A stretch of DNA of 64,000 bases from an uncultured Methylomirabilota bacterium (GTDB taxonomy: Bacteria > Methylomirabilota > Methylomirabilia > Methylomirabilales > 2-02-FULL-66-22): NCBI GenBank assembly GCA_963705305.1, contig OY970067.1, forward strand, positions 352,001-416,000, written 5' to 3'. Position numbers and translations under genes: made by a program. The notes beneath the pieces are model-generated. The model saw nothing but the letters and a program-made list of their open reading frames with translations, ran no database searches and was not told where the DNA came from. Shown here piece after piece: positions 42,892 through 52,346 of this stretch. Position 1 is the first letter of the stretch. Every line of letters starts with the position of its first letter.

Positions 42892-43998
42892 ATGGTTGAC
42901 GATCCCATGGTGCAGGCGGATCCCAAGAACGACGGCCGGGGGATCATGCGCGGGGGTTACCTGCTGACCCAGGACCGGCCGATGGACGAGGCACGCTGGC
43001 GGGAAGAGTGTTTCCCGGAGTGGGGGCACTTCCTCAACCGACAAGTGGAGATGACGACGGTCGAGAAAGGACAGGTGGGACTCTGGTGGTTCGGCGCGGG
43101 CACGTTCCTCATCAAGAGTGCCGCCGGCCGCGTCTTCATCATTGACAGCTACGCTGGCCCCTCCCACTACACCGAAGAGGCAAGCTGCGGCGTCTGCCGA
43201 ACCACAGGAGCCCCGTACATCAACTGGTTCCGCCTCTACCCCCAGGTGTTTAACCCATGGCGCTTCGCGAAGCTCGATTACGCCCTCTGCACCCATCAGC
43301 ATGCCGACCACTGTGACCTGTACAGCCTAAAGGCCTACGCCCAGACGACAACCTGCCGTTTCGTCGGGCCGATGTCAACGGTGGAGCGGATGCGCATCTT
43401 TGGGGTCCCGGAGGCGCGGATCGATCTTGCGGAACCCGGGATGACGATCGCAGCGGACGATGTCGAGATCGAGGCGACTGAGAATTTCAACGTCATCGCC
43501 ACCTATACCTTCGCGAAGCGGCCGGGCCAGACGCGGCCCTTCCACGAGGTAGCTGTCGGCTTTCTCTTCAAAACCGAGGGGGCGAATATTCTCTTCCTCG
43601 GCGACACCCTCTACCACAACGCCTATGTGACCCTCGGCCGCAAGTACGACATCGATCTCGCCATCTTCAACATCGGCAACAACGCGCCAGGGGGCAAAGA
43701 CAAGCCCACGCCTTACGACGCCTACATGATCATGGAGTCCTTGCGAGCCAAACGGTTCATCCCGTTCCACTGGGAGACCTGGGGAAACGTGGCCTCCGAC
43801 CCCAGCGAGGTGGAGTGGGTCTTTGCAAAGCGGAACCCAAGCATGAAGGCGATCATCATGCAGCCGGGAGGGATGATCATGTACCCACGGGACCGCGACA
43901 TCGGGCGCTACCGCTACCCCGATTGGCGCGAGTTTTACCGCCCGGAGGAATCATGGGAGTACGGCAAACCGGCCCGGGATGCCGGTGTGTTCAAGTAG
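42892..43998 (+). CDS. UlaG-like metallo-beta-lactamase-fold lactonase
   Basis: FPEWGHFLN, LWWFG, THQHADHCD, GDTLYHN, IPFHWETW, DIGRYRYP. Confidence 0.8.
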   Translation: MVDDPMVQADPKNDGRGIMRGGYLLTQDRPMDEARWREECFPEWGHFLNRQVEMTTVEKGQVGLWWFGAGTFLIKSAAGRVFIIDSYAGPSHYTEEASCGVCRTTGAPYINWFRLYPQVFNPWRFAKLDYALCTHQHADHCDLYSLKAYAQTTTCRFVGPMSTVERMRIFGVPEARIDLAEPGMTIAADDVEIEATENFNVIATYTFAKRPGQTRPFHEVAVGFLFKTEGANILFLGDTLYHNAYVTLGRKYDIDLAIFNIGNNAPGGKDKPTPYDAYMIMESLRAKRFIPFHWETWGNVASDPSEVEWVFAKRNPSMKAIIMQPGGMIMYPRDRDIGRYRYPDWREFYRPEESWEYGKPARDAGVFK

Positions 43999-44229
43999 CA
44001 GGCGTCGTGGAGTTCGTGATCGCGGCCAGCGAGCTCCGCTGGCCGCGTTCTTGTTGACCTTCTCACGGCGACGGGATGGGAGCCCGACAAAGACAATACG
44101 AGTTGGGGCGGGGGGGTCGCCGTTCACATTTTCCGTAAGGATCTAGTATGGGTCTGCGCATGACCTTGGCCTCCTTTCGCGCCCGATTGGGCGCAGCCCG
44201 CCCTCCTAGACCGTCCAGAAGATGACGAC

Positions 44230-45222
44230 TCAAAACGGATTCACCCAATACTTGGGCCTTCCGTGGAGCAGGGCGTCTCGCACCTGCTCTGCCACCTTGC
44301 GCTGGAGCTCCCGGATGGAATCGGTGGAGTACCAGGCCATGTGAGGTGTCAGGATCACGTTGTCGAACTGGAGCAAGGGATGGTTGGCAATGCGCTGTTC
44401 ATCCTCCAGAACGTCCACGGCCGCCCCGGCCAGACGGCCGGCGTGCAGCGCCTGCACCAGAGCGTCCTCGGCGATCAGCGCGCCACGGGATGTATTGACC
44501 AGGAAGGCGCCCGGTTTCAGCAGGGCCAGCCGTTCCCGGTCCAGCAGGTGTCGGGTTTCGCCGGTGGCCGGTGCATGCACCGAAAGCACATCGGACTCCC
44601 GGAGGAGCTCTTCGAGCGGAACGAGTGAGACCTCCGGCATCCCCGCATCCGGCCGCACATACGGGTCGTGGGCCAGGACTCGTCCGAATCCAAGCGCATG
44701 CGCTTTCCGAGCCAGCTGCCTGGCGATGTTTCCGAAGCCGATCAAGCCCAGGCTCATTTCCGACAGGCGCCGGACGGGAACCGCCCTCCGGTAACTCCAA
44801 ATCCCCTGCCGGACCTCCGCATCCATCAGTTTTACCTTGCGGACAAGAGCCAGGATCAGGGCCAGCGCATGATCGGACACCTCGCTGATGCAGTAGTCGG
44901 GGACGTTGGCCACCATGATCCGCTTTGCGGTCGCCGCCGGGATGTCGATGTTGTCCAGGCCGATCGCGTACCGGACGATCACCCGGCAGCGCGTCAGTCC
45001 TTCGATGACCCGCCGGCTGATGCGCACGAACTGGACGATGAGGGCGTCCGCGTCGCGTGCCAGGGCAAGGATGTCGTCCTCGCCAGTGCAGCGGCCATTC
45101 CCATCCACAATCTCGATCCCCGTATTCGCAAATACCCGCTGCTCCTCGATCAGTGTCGGGTAATAGTAATCCGTAATTACGACCTTCAATGACACCGACT
45201 CCTCCCTCGCGGAGATCGTCAT
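44230..45222 (-). CDS. D-2-hydroxyacid dehydrogenase (CtBP-like)
   Basis: GFGNIA, VNTSRG, DVLEDE, LTPHMAWYS. Confidence 0.92.
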   Translation of the reverse strand: MTISAREESVSLKVVITDYYYPTLIEEQRVFANTGIEIVDGNGRCTGEDDILALARDADALIVQFVRISRRVIEGLTRCRVIVRYAIGLDNIDIPAATAKRIMVANVPDYCISEVSDHALALILALVRKVKLMDAEVRQGIWSYRRAVPVRRLSEMSLGLIGFGNIARQLARKAHALGFGRVLAHDPYVRPDAGMPEVSLVPLEELLRESDVLSVHAPATGETRHLLDRERLALLKPGAFLVNTSRGALIAEDALVQALHAGRLAGAAVDVLEDEQRIANHPLLQFDNVILTPHMAWYSTDSIRELQRKVAEQVRDALLHGRPKYWVNPF

Positions 45223-45351
45223 GCCTCACCGCGCCACCTGCTCGCCGCCTTCATCTGCTCCTGATTCCGCCTCATCCCCCGCCGAACCGGTCCGGCCTCG
45301 CGCATATCTGCTCATTCCTCCCGTTCTTGGCCGCACACAGCACCAGATCGC

Positions 45352-46110
45352 TCAGGCCGCCCGGACTGGATTCCGCAGGACACCGATCCCGTCGATGGAC
45401 ACCTCGACCACATCGCCTGGATGCATGGCGGCCACTCCCCGGGGGGTTCCCGCGCTGATGATGTCTCCCGGGAACAGCGTCATGCACTGGGAAAGATAGT
45501 GGACGAGATAGGGCACCGAGAAGATCATCTCGGCGAGGCGCGCCTCCTGCATCACCTTGCCATTCAGCATCGTCCGGAGGGTCAGCGCGGAGGGATCCAG
45601 TCCTGTGGCAATACAGGGACCAAAGGGTGCGAAGGTGTCGAAACCCTTCGAGCGGGTGAGCTGCCCCTGAGCCACACTGAGCGGGCGCTCGGTAATGTCG
45701 TTGAAACAGGTGTACCCCAGGATGTGCCGCGCGGCATCCTCTAACGACACGTCTTTGATCTGATCCTTGATGATGACTGCCAACTCCCCCTCGTAGTCGA
45801 CCTGCTCGGCGACCCGCGGGATCACGATCGGCTCGTCGGGGCCTGCAATGGTCGTGAGCGGCTTCAAGAAATGGGCAGGCTGCTTGGGGGTCTCGAACTT
45901 GATCTCCGCGATATGATCGCGGAAATTCAGCCCGACGCAGAGGATCTTGGTCGGCTCCACGGGCGCCAGGAGGCGAACGTTACCGACCCGGTGGGTCACC
46001 TGACTACGTGTGAATTCCCCGAAGATGGATCCGAGGATCTCGTGCACCAGATCGCCTTCCCAGACACCATACGCCGTGCGCTGCCCTTGTTGAAAACGAA
46101 CAATCCGCAT
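45352..46110 (-). CDS. Fumarylacetoacetate-hydrolase family protein
   Basis: KILCVGLN, VDYEGELAV, KGFDTFAPFGP, PGDIISAGTP. Confidence 0.93.
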   Translation of the reverse strand: MRIVRFQQGQRTAYGVWEGDLVHEILGSIFGEFTRSQVTHRVGNVRLLAPVEPTKILCVGLNFRDHIAEIKFETPKQPAHFLKPLTTIAGPDEPIVIPRVAEQVDYEGELAVIIKDQIKDVSLEDAARHILGYTCFNDITERPLSVAQGQLTRSKGFDTFAPFGPCIATGLDPSALTLRTMLNGKVMQEARLAEMIFSVPYLVHYLSQCMTLFPGDIISAGTPRGVAAMHPGDVVEVSIDGIGVLRNPVRAA

Positions 46111-46253
46111 GCGCCTTTCCTCCTTGTGGCTCCCTGTCCCCGACACTGAGAGTTGTTATCCGTTGATAGGAGATCTGCCGAGCCAACGATCGGCTGTGAA
46201 GCCTCCCTGGCCACCGAACCAGGGCTGGACGCTAGCGATCCGCGACCAGGACC

Positions 46254-47291
46254 TCAGGCAACATCCGCCCCTCCCGTCAGCCACCCTGCTCGCCGGGCGA
46301 TCGCAACGGCACCGTCGATGCTGAGGCGGTCCACTGCCTCTGCATCGCTGATCTCCCTGACGGCCACGGCCGGGAGCGCGCGCACAAGCAGCTCCCGAAA
46401 TACGCGGCATCGCCGCGGCGAACCGATGAGAACCATCGGGCAGTCTCGCGGGAATCGCACCAGCGGGAAATCCTGCATGGCTTGCAGGTCTTCCGCCGCG
46501 ATGGCCGCCTCCACGAAGGTCCGGCGGACCTCCGCGGGGACTCCCAACAGGACATCCATGAATCGCGGCATGAGCAGCGCCCGGAGAAAGCCCGCGTGTC
46601 GCACCGCATCAAACGCGGTCCGTGCGGCGAGGGCCAGGTCTTCCGGTTCTGGCTCCCCCTCCGCCGCAATCGATTTGCCGATGGAGGTGGCCTGCTGAAT
46701 GGCCTCGAACATCTGTCCGCTCAAGGTGGTGAGCGAGCCGGCGATGCACCCGTCCTGGCGCACGTGAATGTACTTGGTATGCGAGCTGAGCACGACCGCC
46801 GTGAGCGGCGGCCGCGGCAGGGCCTGGCGGGTCAGGAGCCCCATCATCTGCGTCTCCTCGCCCCGCATGAAATCGATCCGGCGGATGTCCTCGTAGGTGG
46901 TCTCGGGCGGATAGGGGTTCTTGATGCCCCGGATGAACACTAGCGGGAGATCCAACGGGAAAACGGTGGGGTCTTGTGTCACAGTGAGGCTCTCGGCGAG
47001 CTCTGCCAGCCCGGCCGGCGCCCACAGATGCGGAATCTCCCGGAGGCCAATCTCCGAGGTAATCATCCCGGAGGTAATCGCGAACCTGATGTCGGAAAGA
47101 GCAAGCCCCGCGGCCATGACGGTCTGCTCGAACAGCTCCGAGAGGCCCGCCTTTAAGACTTGGTTTGAGCCGTGGACTGCCGTGTCCCTCACGCCAATCT
47201 TGCGCGACCCCTTCCCGACCACAGTGCACGTCTCGCCAAGAAGGAAGACCCGAGAGTTGGTCGTTCCGCAATCGATGGTGGCGAAATGCAT
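46254..47291 (-). CDS. 2-dehydro-3-deoxygalactonokinase-like kinase (DgoK family)
   Basis: IDCGTTNSR, SGMITS, DFMRGEETQ, SHTKY. Confidence 0.85.
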   Translation of the reverse strand: MHFATIDCGTTNSRVFLLGETCTVVGKGSRKIGVRDTAVHGSNQVLKAGLSELFEQTVMAAGLALSDIRFAITSGMITSEIGLREIPHLWAPAGLAELAESLTVTQDPTVFPLDLPLVFIRGIKNPYPPETTYEDIRRIDFMRGEETQMMGLLTRQALPRPPLTAVVLSSHTKYIHVRQDGCIAGSLTTLSGQMFEAIQQATSIGKSIAAEGEPEPEDLALAARTAFDAVRHAGFLRALLMPRFMDVLLGVPAEVRRTFVEAAIAAEDLQAMQDFPLVRFPRDCPMVLIGSPRRCRVFRELLVRALPAVAVREISDAEAVDRLSIDGAVAIARRAGWLTGGADVA

Positions 47292-47345
47292 GGTCTCGAT
47301 TCCCCTGATGCGTGTGCAGCACACCGCCCCGTCTGTTTGGGGCGT

Positions 47346-48230
47346 CTAACAGAGGAACCCTCCCGCCGCCAGCTCCGCTTTCATCCGATCGCACTCCTGA
47401 TCTGAGAGCGGGATGAACGGCTCGCGGGGATACGCCTCGCAGACCTTCCGGATCTTGAGCAGGGCGTAGACTGCAACCACGGTCGACTTGGCGAGGTACA
47501 TGATGTCGCGGAGCTCGTTCACCCTCGCCTGGAGGGCCCGGGCCCGCTCCATGTCGAAGCTCGTGGCGGCCTGGAAAAGGTCCACGCACAGCTCGGGAAA
47601 AGCATTGCCCAGGCCCGGGATGAAGGCTTGTACCCCCAGGGTCGCGGCGTACAGGAACATCGCCTCCGTCCCGAGGACCACGTCGAAATCGGGCTGCCGG
47701 ATCTTGCGGACGAAGTTAGCCAGTACCATGATGTCGAAGCTGCTGTCCTTGACGCCGGCCACACCCAGGTCCGCCAGCTCTTGCAGCATGGGCACGTCCA
47801 CAGCCACGCCGGTGAACCGCGGGTTGTTGTAGCAGTAGACCGGAATCTGCACGGCCTGGACGATCCGTTCGAAGTACAGTTTGATGCTCTCGCGGGTGTG
47901 GTGGAAGTAGTAGGGAGGGACGGCTGCCACTTTTGCGGCACCTGCGTCCTGAGCGTATCGGGCCAGGGCTACGGAATCCCGCACGTTGGTCGAGCCCACG
48001 TGGACGATGACCTGGATCTGCGGCTGGGCGTGCCTGACGACCACGTCGACGACTCGCTTCTTCTCCTCCACCGACATGAGCGGCCCATTCCCGTAAGAGC
48101 CGCAGATGAATAGCCCGTGTACGTGCTGGCAAAGGAATTCGGCCAATTTCGCCAAGTTGGACTCATCCACGCTCCCGTCCGGCGTGAAGGGGGTTACCAT
48201 GGGGGGAATAACACCGACAACCTTCTGCAT
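47346..48230 (-). CDS. Dihydrodipicolinate-synthase/N-acetylneuraminate-lyase family aldolase
   Basis: PPMVTPF, GSYGNG, YNNP, GVKDSS (Schiff-base Lys). Confidence 0.92.
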   Translation of the reverse strand: MQKVVGVIPPMVTPFTPDGSVDESNLAKLAEFLCQHVHGLFICGSYGNGPLMSVEEKKRVVDVVVRHAQPQIQVIVHVGSTNVRDSVALARYAQDAGAAKVAAVPPYYFHHTRESIKLYFERIVQAVQIPVYCYNNPRFTGVAVDVPMLQELADLGVAGVKDSSFDIMVLANFVRKIRQPDFDVVLGTEAMFLYAATLGVQAFIPGLGNAFPELCVDLFQAATSFDMERARALQARVNELRDIMYLAKSTVVAVYALLKIRKVCEAYPREPFIPLSDQECDRMKAELAAGGFLC

Positions 48231-48290
48231 GGCGCGTTCTCCTTGGAAGTCAGTGAGAAGTCGGGTGAGAGCCCGGCCGGCGAGCTGGCC

Positions 48291-49085
48291 TCAACAGAAC
48301 CCGAGGTCCCTGCGGATCTTCTGGGCCGCCTCCTGGAGGATGCCCGCGTGCCGCCGGAGACTTTCCTCGTCCGGAAAATCGACGACCAAGCCGGTGATGC
48401 TTAGCGCCGCCTCGATCCCCCCCTGCTCGTTCAGGATGGGCACGGCGACGCACTTGATATGCTTCTCGTGCTCCGAATTGTCGATGGTATATCCGCGCTC
48501 TCGGATGGCGCGCAGCTCCTCGAAGAGCCCGTTGGCGGTCGTGATGGTATTCGGCGTGAAGCGGGTGAGACCGTGGGTGTTGATGACCTGCTCCACCGTC
48601 TCTTGCGGGGAGAAGGCCAATAGGGTCTTCCCCTGTCCGGTACAGTGGGCGGGGACGACGATCCCGACTCGGGAGAACATGTTGATCATATTGGAGGGAT
48701 CGATTTTCTGCAGGATGACGACCGAAGTGCCCTCGAGAATCCCGAGATGCACCGTCATGCCGATCCGCTGGGACAACTCCCGCAGGTAGGGAGTGGCAAC
48801 CCGTCGGATGACACTCTCCCGCGTCAAGCTATTCCCCAATATGAAGATGTTCAGCCCGAGGGAATACCGCCCGCTATCGTTGCGTGACAGGTACTCGTTC
48901 TTCTCGAGGGTATACAGCAGACGGAACAGCGTGGACTTGTTCAGGCCGAGGCGATCCTTGATCTCCGCAAACGACAGGCGGGGCTGATCCTTGAAAAGGT
49001 TCAAGACATCCAACCCTTTCTGGATCGTGGTGGAAAGGTAGGGACTACCCTGGGCCTCCGGCAGATTTTTTTTTGAATTACGCAT
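48291..49085 (-). CDS. IclR family regulator
   Basis: GLNKSTLFRLLYTL, PAHCTGQGK, IRERGYTIDNSE. Confidence 0.94.
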   Translation of the reverse strand: MRNSKKNLPEAQGSPYLSTTIQKGLDVLNLFKDQPRLSFAEIKDRLGLNKSTLFRLLYTLEKNEYLSRNDSGRYSLGLNIFILGNSLTRESVIRRVATPYLRELSQRIGMTVHLGILEGTSVVILQKIDPSNMINMFSRVGIVVPAHCTGQGKTLLAFSPQETVEQVINTHGLTRFTPNTITTANGLFEELRAIRERGYTIDNSEHEKHIKCVAVPILNEQGGIEAALSITGLVVDFPDEESLRRHAGILQEAAQKIRRDLGFC

Positions 49086-49099
49086 ATTTAATCTAAAAG

Positions 49100-49186
49100 G
49101 TTCAGTATATGAAACTATATGGCAATTTTTTCTTATTGAACTTCAAATTAATTCAACATATAAACTCTAGTATCATTATATGAAAT
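49100..49186. promoter_or_regulatory. IclR-type operator repeats in AT-rich divergent promoter region
   Basis: TTCAGTATATGAAA and ATCATTATATGAAA, with a weaker third site between them. Confidence 0.6.
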
Positions 49187-49422
49187 TCATCCAACTTTTC
49201 AAGGATAAAACGCTGTCTTCGGAACAAGAAATTCGCGAGAGCGTCCTCGGCGTCGCCCGTGAAGGGGGAGAGGGCCAGGCGTAGGTCCACGCCGGGTTCT
49301 CCGGTCCGATCCAGGTCCTCTTTCGACTCACGTTTTGGATGTGGGCGCGCGGAGCGCGGGAAGGCGCAAACCGAGTGTGCCGTGTTCACGAGTCCGCCAG
49401 GGAGGGAGAACAGGAGGGTCTC

Positions 49423-50784
49423 ATGAGCAAGCAAGAGCGAATGGACAGACCGGCTGGGATGCGCGGGGTGAGCCGCCGGGATCTTCTCAAGGTGGGCGCC
49501 GCCGCGGCCGCCGGGGCGGCGGTAGGGCCGTTCATAATCACCCCGGCCCGCGCCCAGAGCTTCAACTGGCAGCGCTTTCGCGGCACGGAACTCTTCCTCA
49601 TTCTCACCCGGCACCCCTGGATTGATGAGATGGTGACGCACATCCCGGAGTTCGAGTCCTTGTCGGGGATGAAAGTCAACTATGAGATGCTGCCGGAGAT
49701 TCAAGGGCGCCAGAAGCTCACTGTCGAGCTGACGGCCGGCACGGGCGGGGTGGACGCATTCCACACAGCGCTCCATGTGGAGAAGCGCCGATTCTGGAAG
49801 GCGGGATGGTACCAGCCGCTGAACCGCTTCCTGGAAGACAAGACGCTGACCGCGCCCGACTACGACTGGGACGACTTCGTCGCCGGGGCCAAGGAAGCAG
49901 TCACTCAGCCGGACCACACCATCAGCGCGATTCCGACGATGGTGGACTTCTTCGCGTTGTTCTACCGCAAGGACCTCTTCCAGCAGAAGGGCTGGAAGGC
50001 CCCGCGCACCCTGGCGGAAATGGAGGACTACGCCCAGAAGCTCACCACCCCGCCCGGGATGTACGGGATCGTCGCGCGCGGGCTGAAGAATGCGAATGCG
50101 GCCGCCATCGCCTGCATCCTCTATGCGATGGGTGGGACGTACCTCACGCCGGATGGCAGGTCGGCCCTCAATACGCGTGCGTGGGTGAAGGCCGTCGACT
50201 ACTACGCAACGCTGCTGCGGCAATTTGCCCCGCCCGGTGTTCTGAACTTCAACTGGTATGAATGCAGCTCGGCGTTCATGCAGGGGAATGTCGGGATGTA
50301 CTTCGACGGCATCAACTTTGCCAATCAGTTTGAGGATCGGGAGAAATCCAAGATCGCCGGGAAGGTGGGCTACGCCGTGCTGCCCGCAGGCCCCGGAGGG
50401 CACATCGTGCCGACCTTCACGAACGGCATGGCCATTACCGCCCATAGCCGCCGCAAGGAGGCCGCCTACCTGTTCATCCAGTGGTCCACCGACAAGCAGA
50501 ATGCGGCGCGGGAACTCCTCTCGGGCGTGGGGGTGGGGCGGGGCTCGACCTGGAACCTCCCGGAGATCAAGGCGAAGCGGAAGATGCCGGCCGATTGGTA
50601 TGCGACCTACTCGGAGAGCCTGAAGATCGCCCGGCCGGGTCTGCCGGAAATCATGGACGTGACCCAGTACCGGGACATCATCGGTGTGGCCATCCAGAAG
50701 GCCATTGAGGGGGCCAAGGCAGAGGAGGTCATGGCCCAGGCCGACAAGGAATTCCAGGCGCTGCTGGACAAAACTGAGAGGTGA
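49423..50784 (+). CDS. Tat-exported sugar ABC substrate-binding protein (no adjacent permeases)
   Basis: SRRDLLK twin-arginine signal, ALFYRKDLF, KEAAYLFIQW. Confidence 0.9.
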   Translation: MSKQERMDRPAGMRGVSRRDLLKVGAAAAAGAAVGPFIITPARAQSFNWQRFRGTELFLILTRHPWIDEMVTHIPEFESLSGMKVNYEMLPEIQGRQKLTVELTAGTGGVDAFHTALHVEKRRFWKAGWYQPLNRFLEDKTLTAPDYDWDDFVAGAKEAVTQPDHTISAIPTMVDFFALFYRKDLFQQKGWKAPRTLAEMEDYAQKLTTPPGMYGIVARGLKNANAAAIACILYAMGGTYLTPDGRSALNTRAWVKAVDYYATLLRQFAPPGVLNFNWYECSSAFMQGNVGMYFDGINFANQFEDREKSKIAGKVGYAVLPAGPGGHIVPTFTNGMAITAHSRRKEAAYLFIQWSTDKQNAARELLSGVGVGRGSTWNLPEIKAKRKMPADWYATYSESLKIARPGLPEIMDVTQYRDIIGVAIQKAIEGAKAEEVMAQADKEFQALLDKTER

Positions 50785-50907
50785 GGCGGGGTCCCAGAGC
50801 CGACCTGGCCTGGTCGTCCGCCAGGAGTGCCGGGCCCAGTCTCTATAGAGATTCCAGCCGACCGGGTGGAATCCTCACGGGCGCCGACCGAACGCCTGCG
50901 ATGGAGA

Positions 50908-51876
50908 TCACGCCGGATAGGTTCCCGCCAGGGCTGCCTCGATGTGGGCCAGCAAGGTCGGTCCCGCCAGCAACGGCATCCCGGTGAGGCGAAGCCGGAG
51001 CTGGGGAATCTCGTAGAGCAATTCATCCAGCGCGGCCAGGGCCATCTCCCGCCTGCTCGCCCCTGGCAGGCGCCGGACCACCGTGGTCACCGCGCCGTGG
51101 ATGGTATCCGCCACTTTCCCGGAGGCGCCCAGGAAGGCCCGGACCTCCGTTCCGCGGCGAACCGGCCCGTTCACGAGTGTTCCGCCATGGTACGCATGCC
51201 CCAGGCAGAGCGTCCGGGCATCCAGTGCATCCAGCTTCGCGAGGGACCGCCGGTACGTGGGCGCGTCAAAGTAGTAGGGGTAGCCGCCGGGACGGGCCCC
51301 CTGTCCCTGGGCCGCATCGCCGGTGAAGAGCATGCTTTCGCTCTCCCAGAAATAGGCCACGTGGCCGGGCGTGTGTCCCGGGCAGTGGAGCACGCGGAGA
51401 CTGATGCCGGCCCCCAGGTCCACCCGGTCTCCGTCGGCGAGGAACACATCGGCCCCGGCAGGTTCGCCGGCGTTCCGGAGCACGTGGTCAATCCGCTCCT
51501 GGAGGGCGGCGGCGGGGAACTCCAGGGCGCGCAGGGGGGCCGTATGAAACTCGACCTGGGCCTGGTTCGACTCGACCATGGGGCGGTCCATGGCATGCAC
51601 ATGGATGCGCGCCCCGGACCGGCGCTTGACCTCCGCGTTGCCGCCGGAGTGATCCAGGTGGGCGTGCGTGTTCAGGATCAACGCCACGTCCTTGAGCGCC
51701 ATGCCGATCTCTGCCAGCGCCGGCTCCAGGGCCGTCTGGGGAGAGTCCGAGGCTCCGGTGTCGATGAGGGCCGCCTGCTCACCCTTGAGGAGGTAGAGGA
51801 AAACGGTTCCCGTCCCGTCGAAAGGAGTTCGGATCTGATAGACGCCCTGCCGGAGCAACTCGATATGCATGGCCAT
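50908..51876 (-). CDS. MBL-fold metallo-hydrolase
   Basis: LIDTG, THAHLDHSGG, PGHTPGH, FTGD. Confidence 0.92.
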   Translation of the reverse strand: MAMHIELLRQGVYQIRTPFDGTGTVFLYLLKGEQAALIDTGASDSPQTALEPALAEIGMALKDVALILNTHAHLDHSGGNAEVKRRSGARIHVHAMDRPMVESNQAQVEFHTAPLRALEFPAAALQERIDHVLRNAGEPAGADVFLADGDRVDLGAGISLRVLHCPGHTPGHVAYFWESESMLFTGDAAQGQGARPGGYPYYFDAPTYRRSLAKLDALDARTLCLGHAYHGGTLVNGPVRRGTEVRAFLGASGKVADTIHGAVTTVVRRLPGASRREMALAALDELLYEIPQLRLRLTGMPLLAGPTLLAHIEAALAGTYPA

Positions 51877-52209
51877 CACCTCCGTATGTGCCATTCCCTG
51901 CGGACTTGCTTCCCCGGTGGCAACCCGCGAAGCGTCGTTCGCGGGACCGGGATTCCGCCGGCGAAAGCGATCGCACAAGAGCCCCTTCTGCCTGCGGGTG
52001 ACGCTGCGCAGCCGCCAAGCCCCACGGTCGACCGCACCTCTCCACGCGATCGGGCGCCCCCGCAGCCGGACGGTGGCATCATGATGTTCCCGCCGCCATG
52101 CGGCCGTCAAGTCGAAACCTGCGGCCCGCGGCATCTCGGCCTCGCCACCGATCGAAGATTTCGGAATGTGGACGAATTCCTACTTGGACGCACAGACGCG
52201 AGATTGCCG

Positions 52210-52239
52210 TTGACAGCCCGCTCCCGTCACACATACACT
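52210..52239 (+). promoter_or_regulatory. Sigma70-type promoter candidate for the peptide ABC operon
   Basis: TTGACA-N18-TACACT about 110 nt before the start codon. Confidence 0.5.
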
Positions 52240-52346
52240 GCAAGTCTACTGTCGTCCTTCTGGGTCTGCGGGGGCAACGGTTGGTGGCTGCCTGGCGCGC
52301 GGACCGCCGTTCCCGTGCCCGGCATCATTAGGAGGAGGATTCATCT

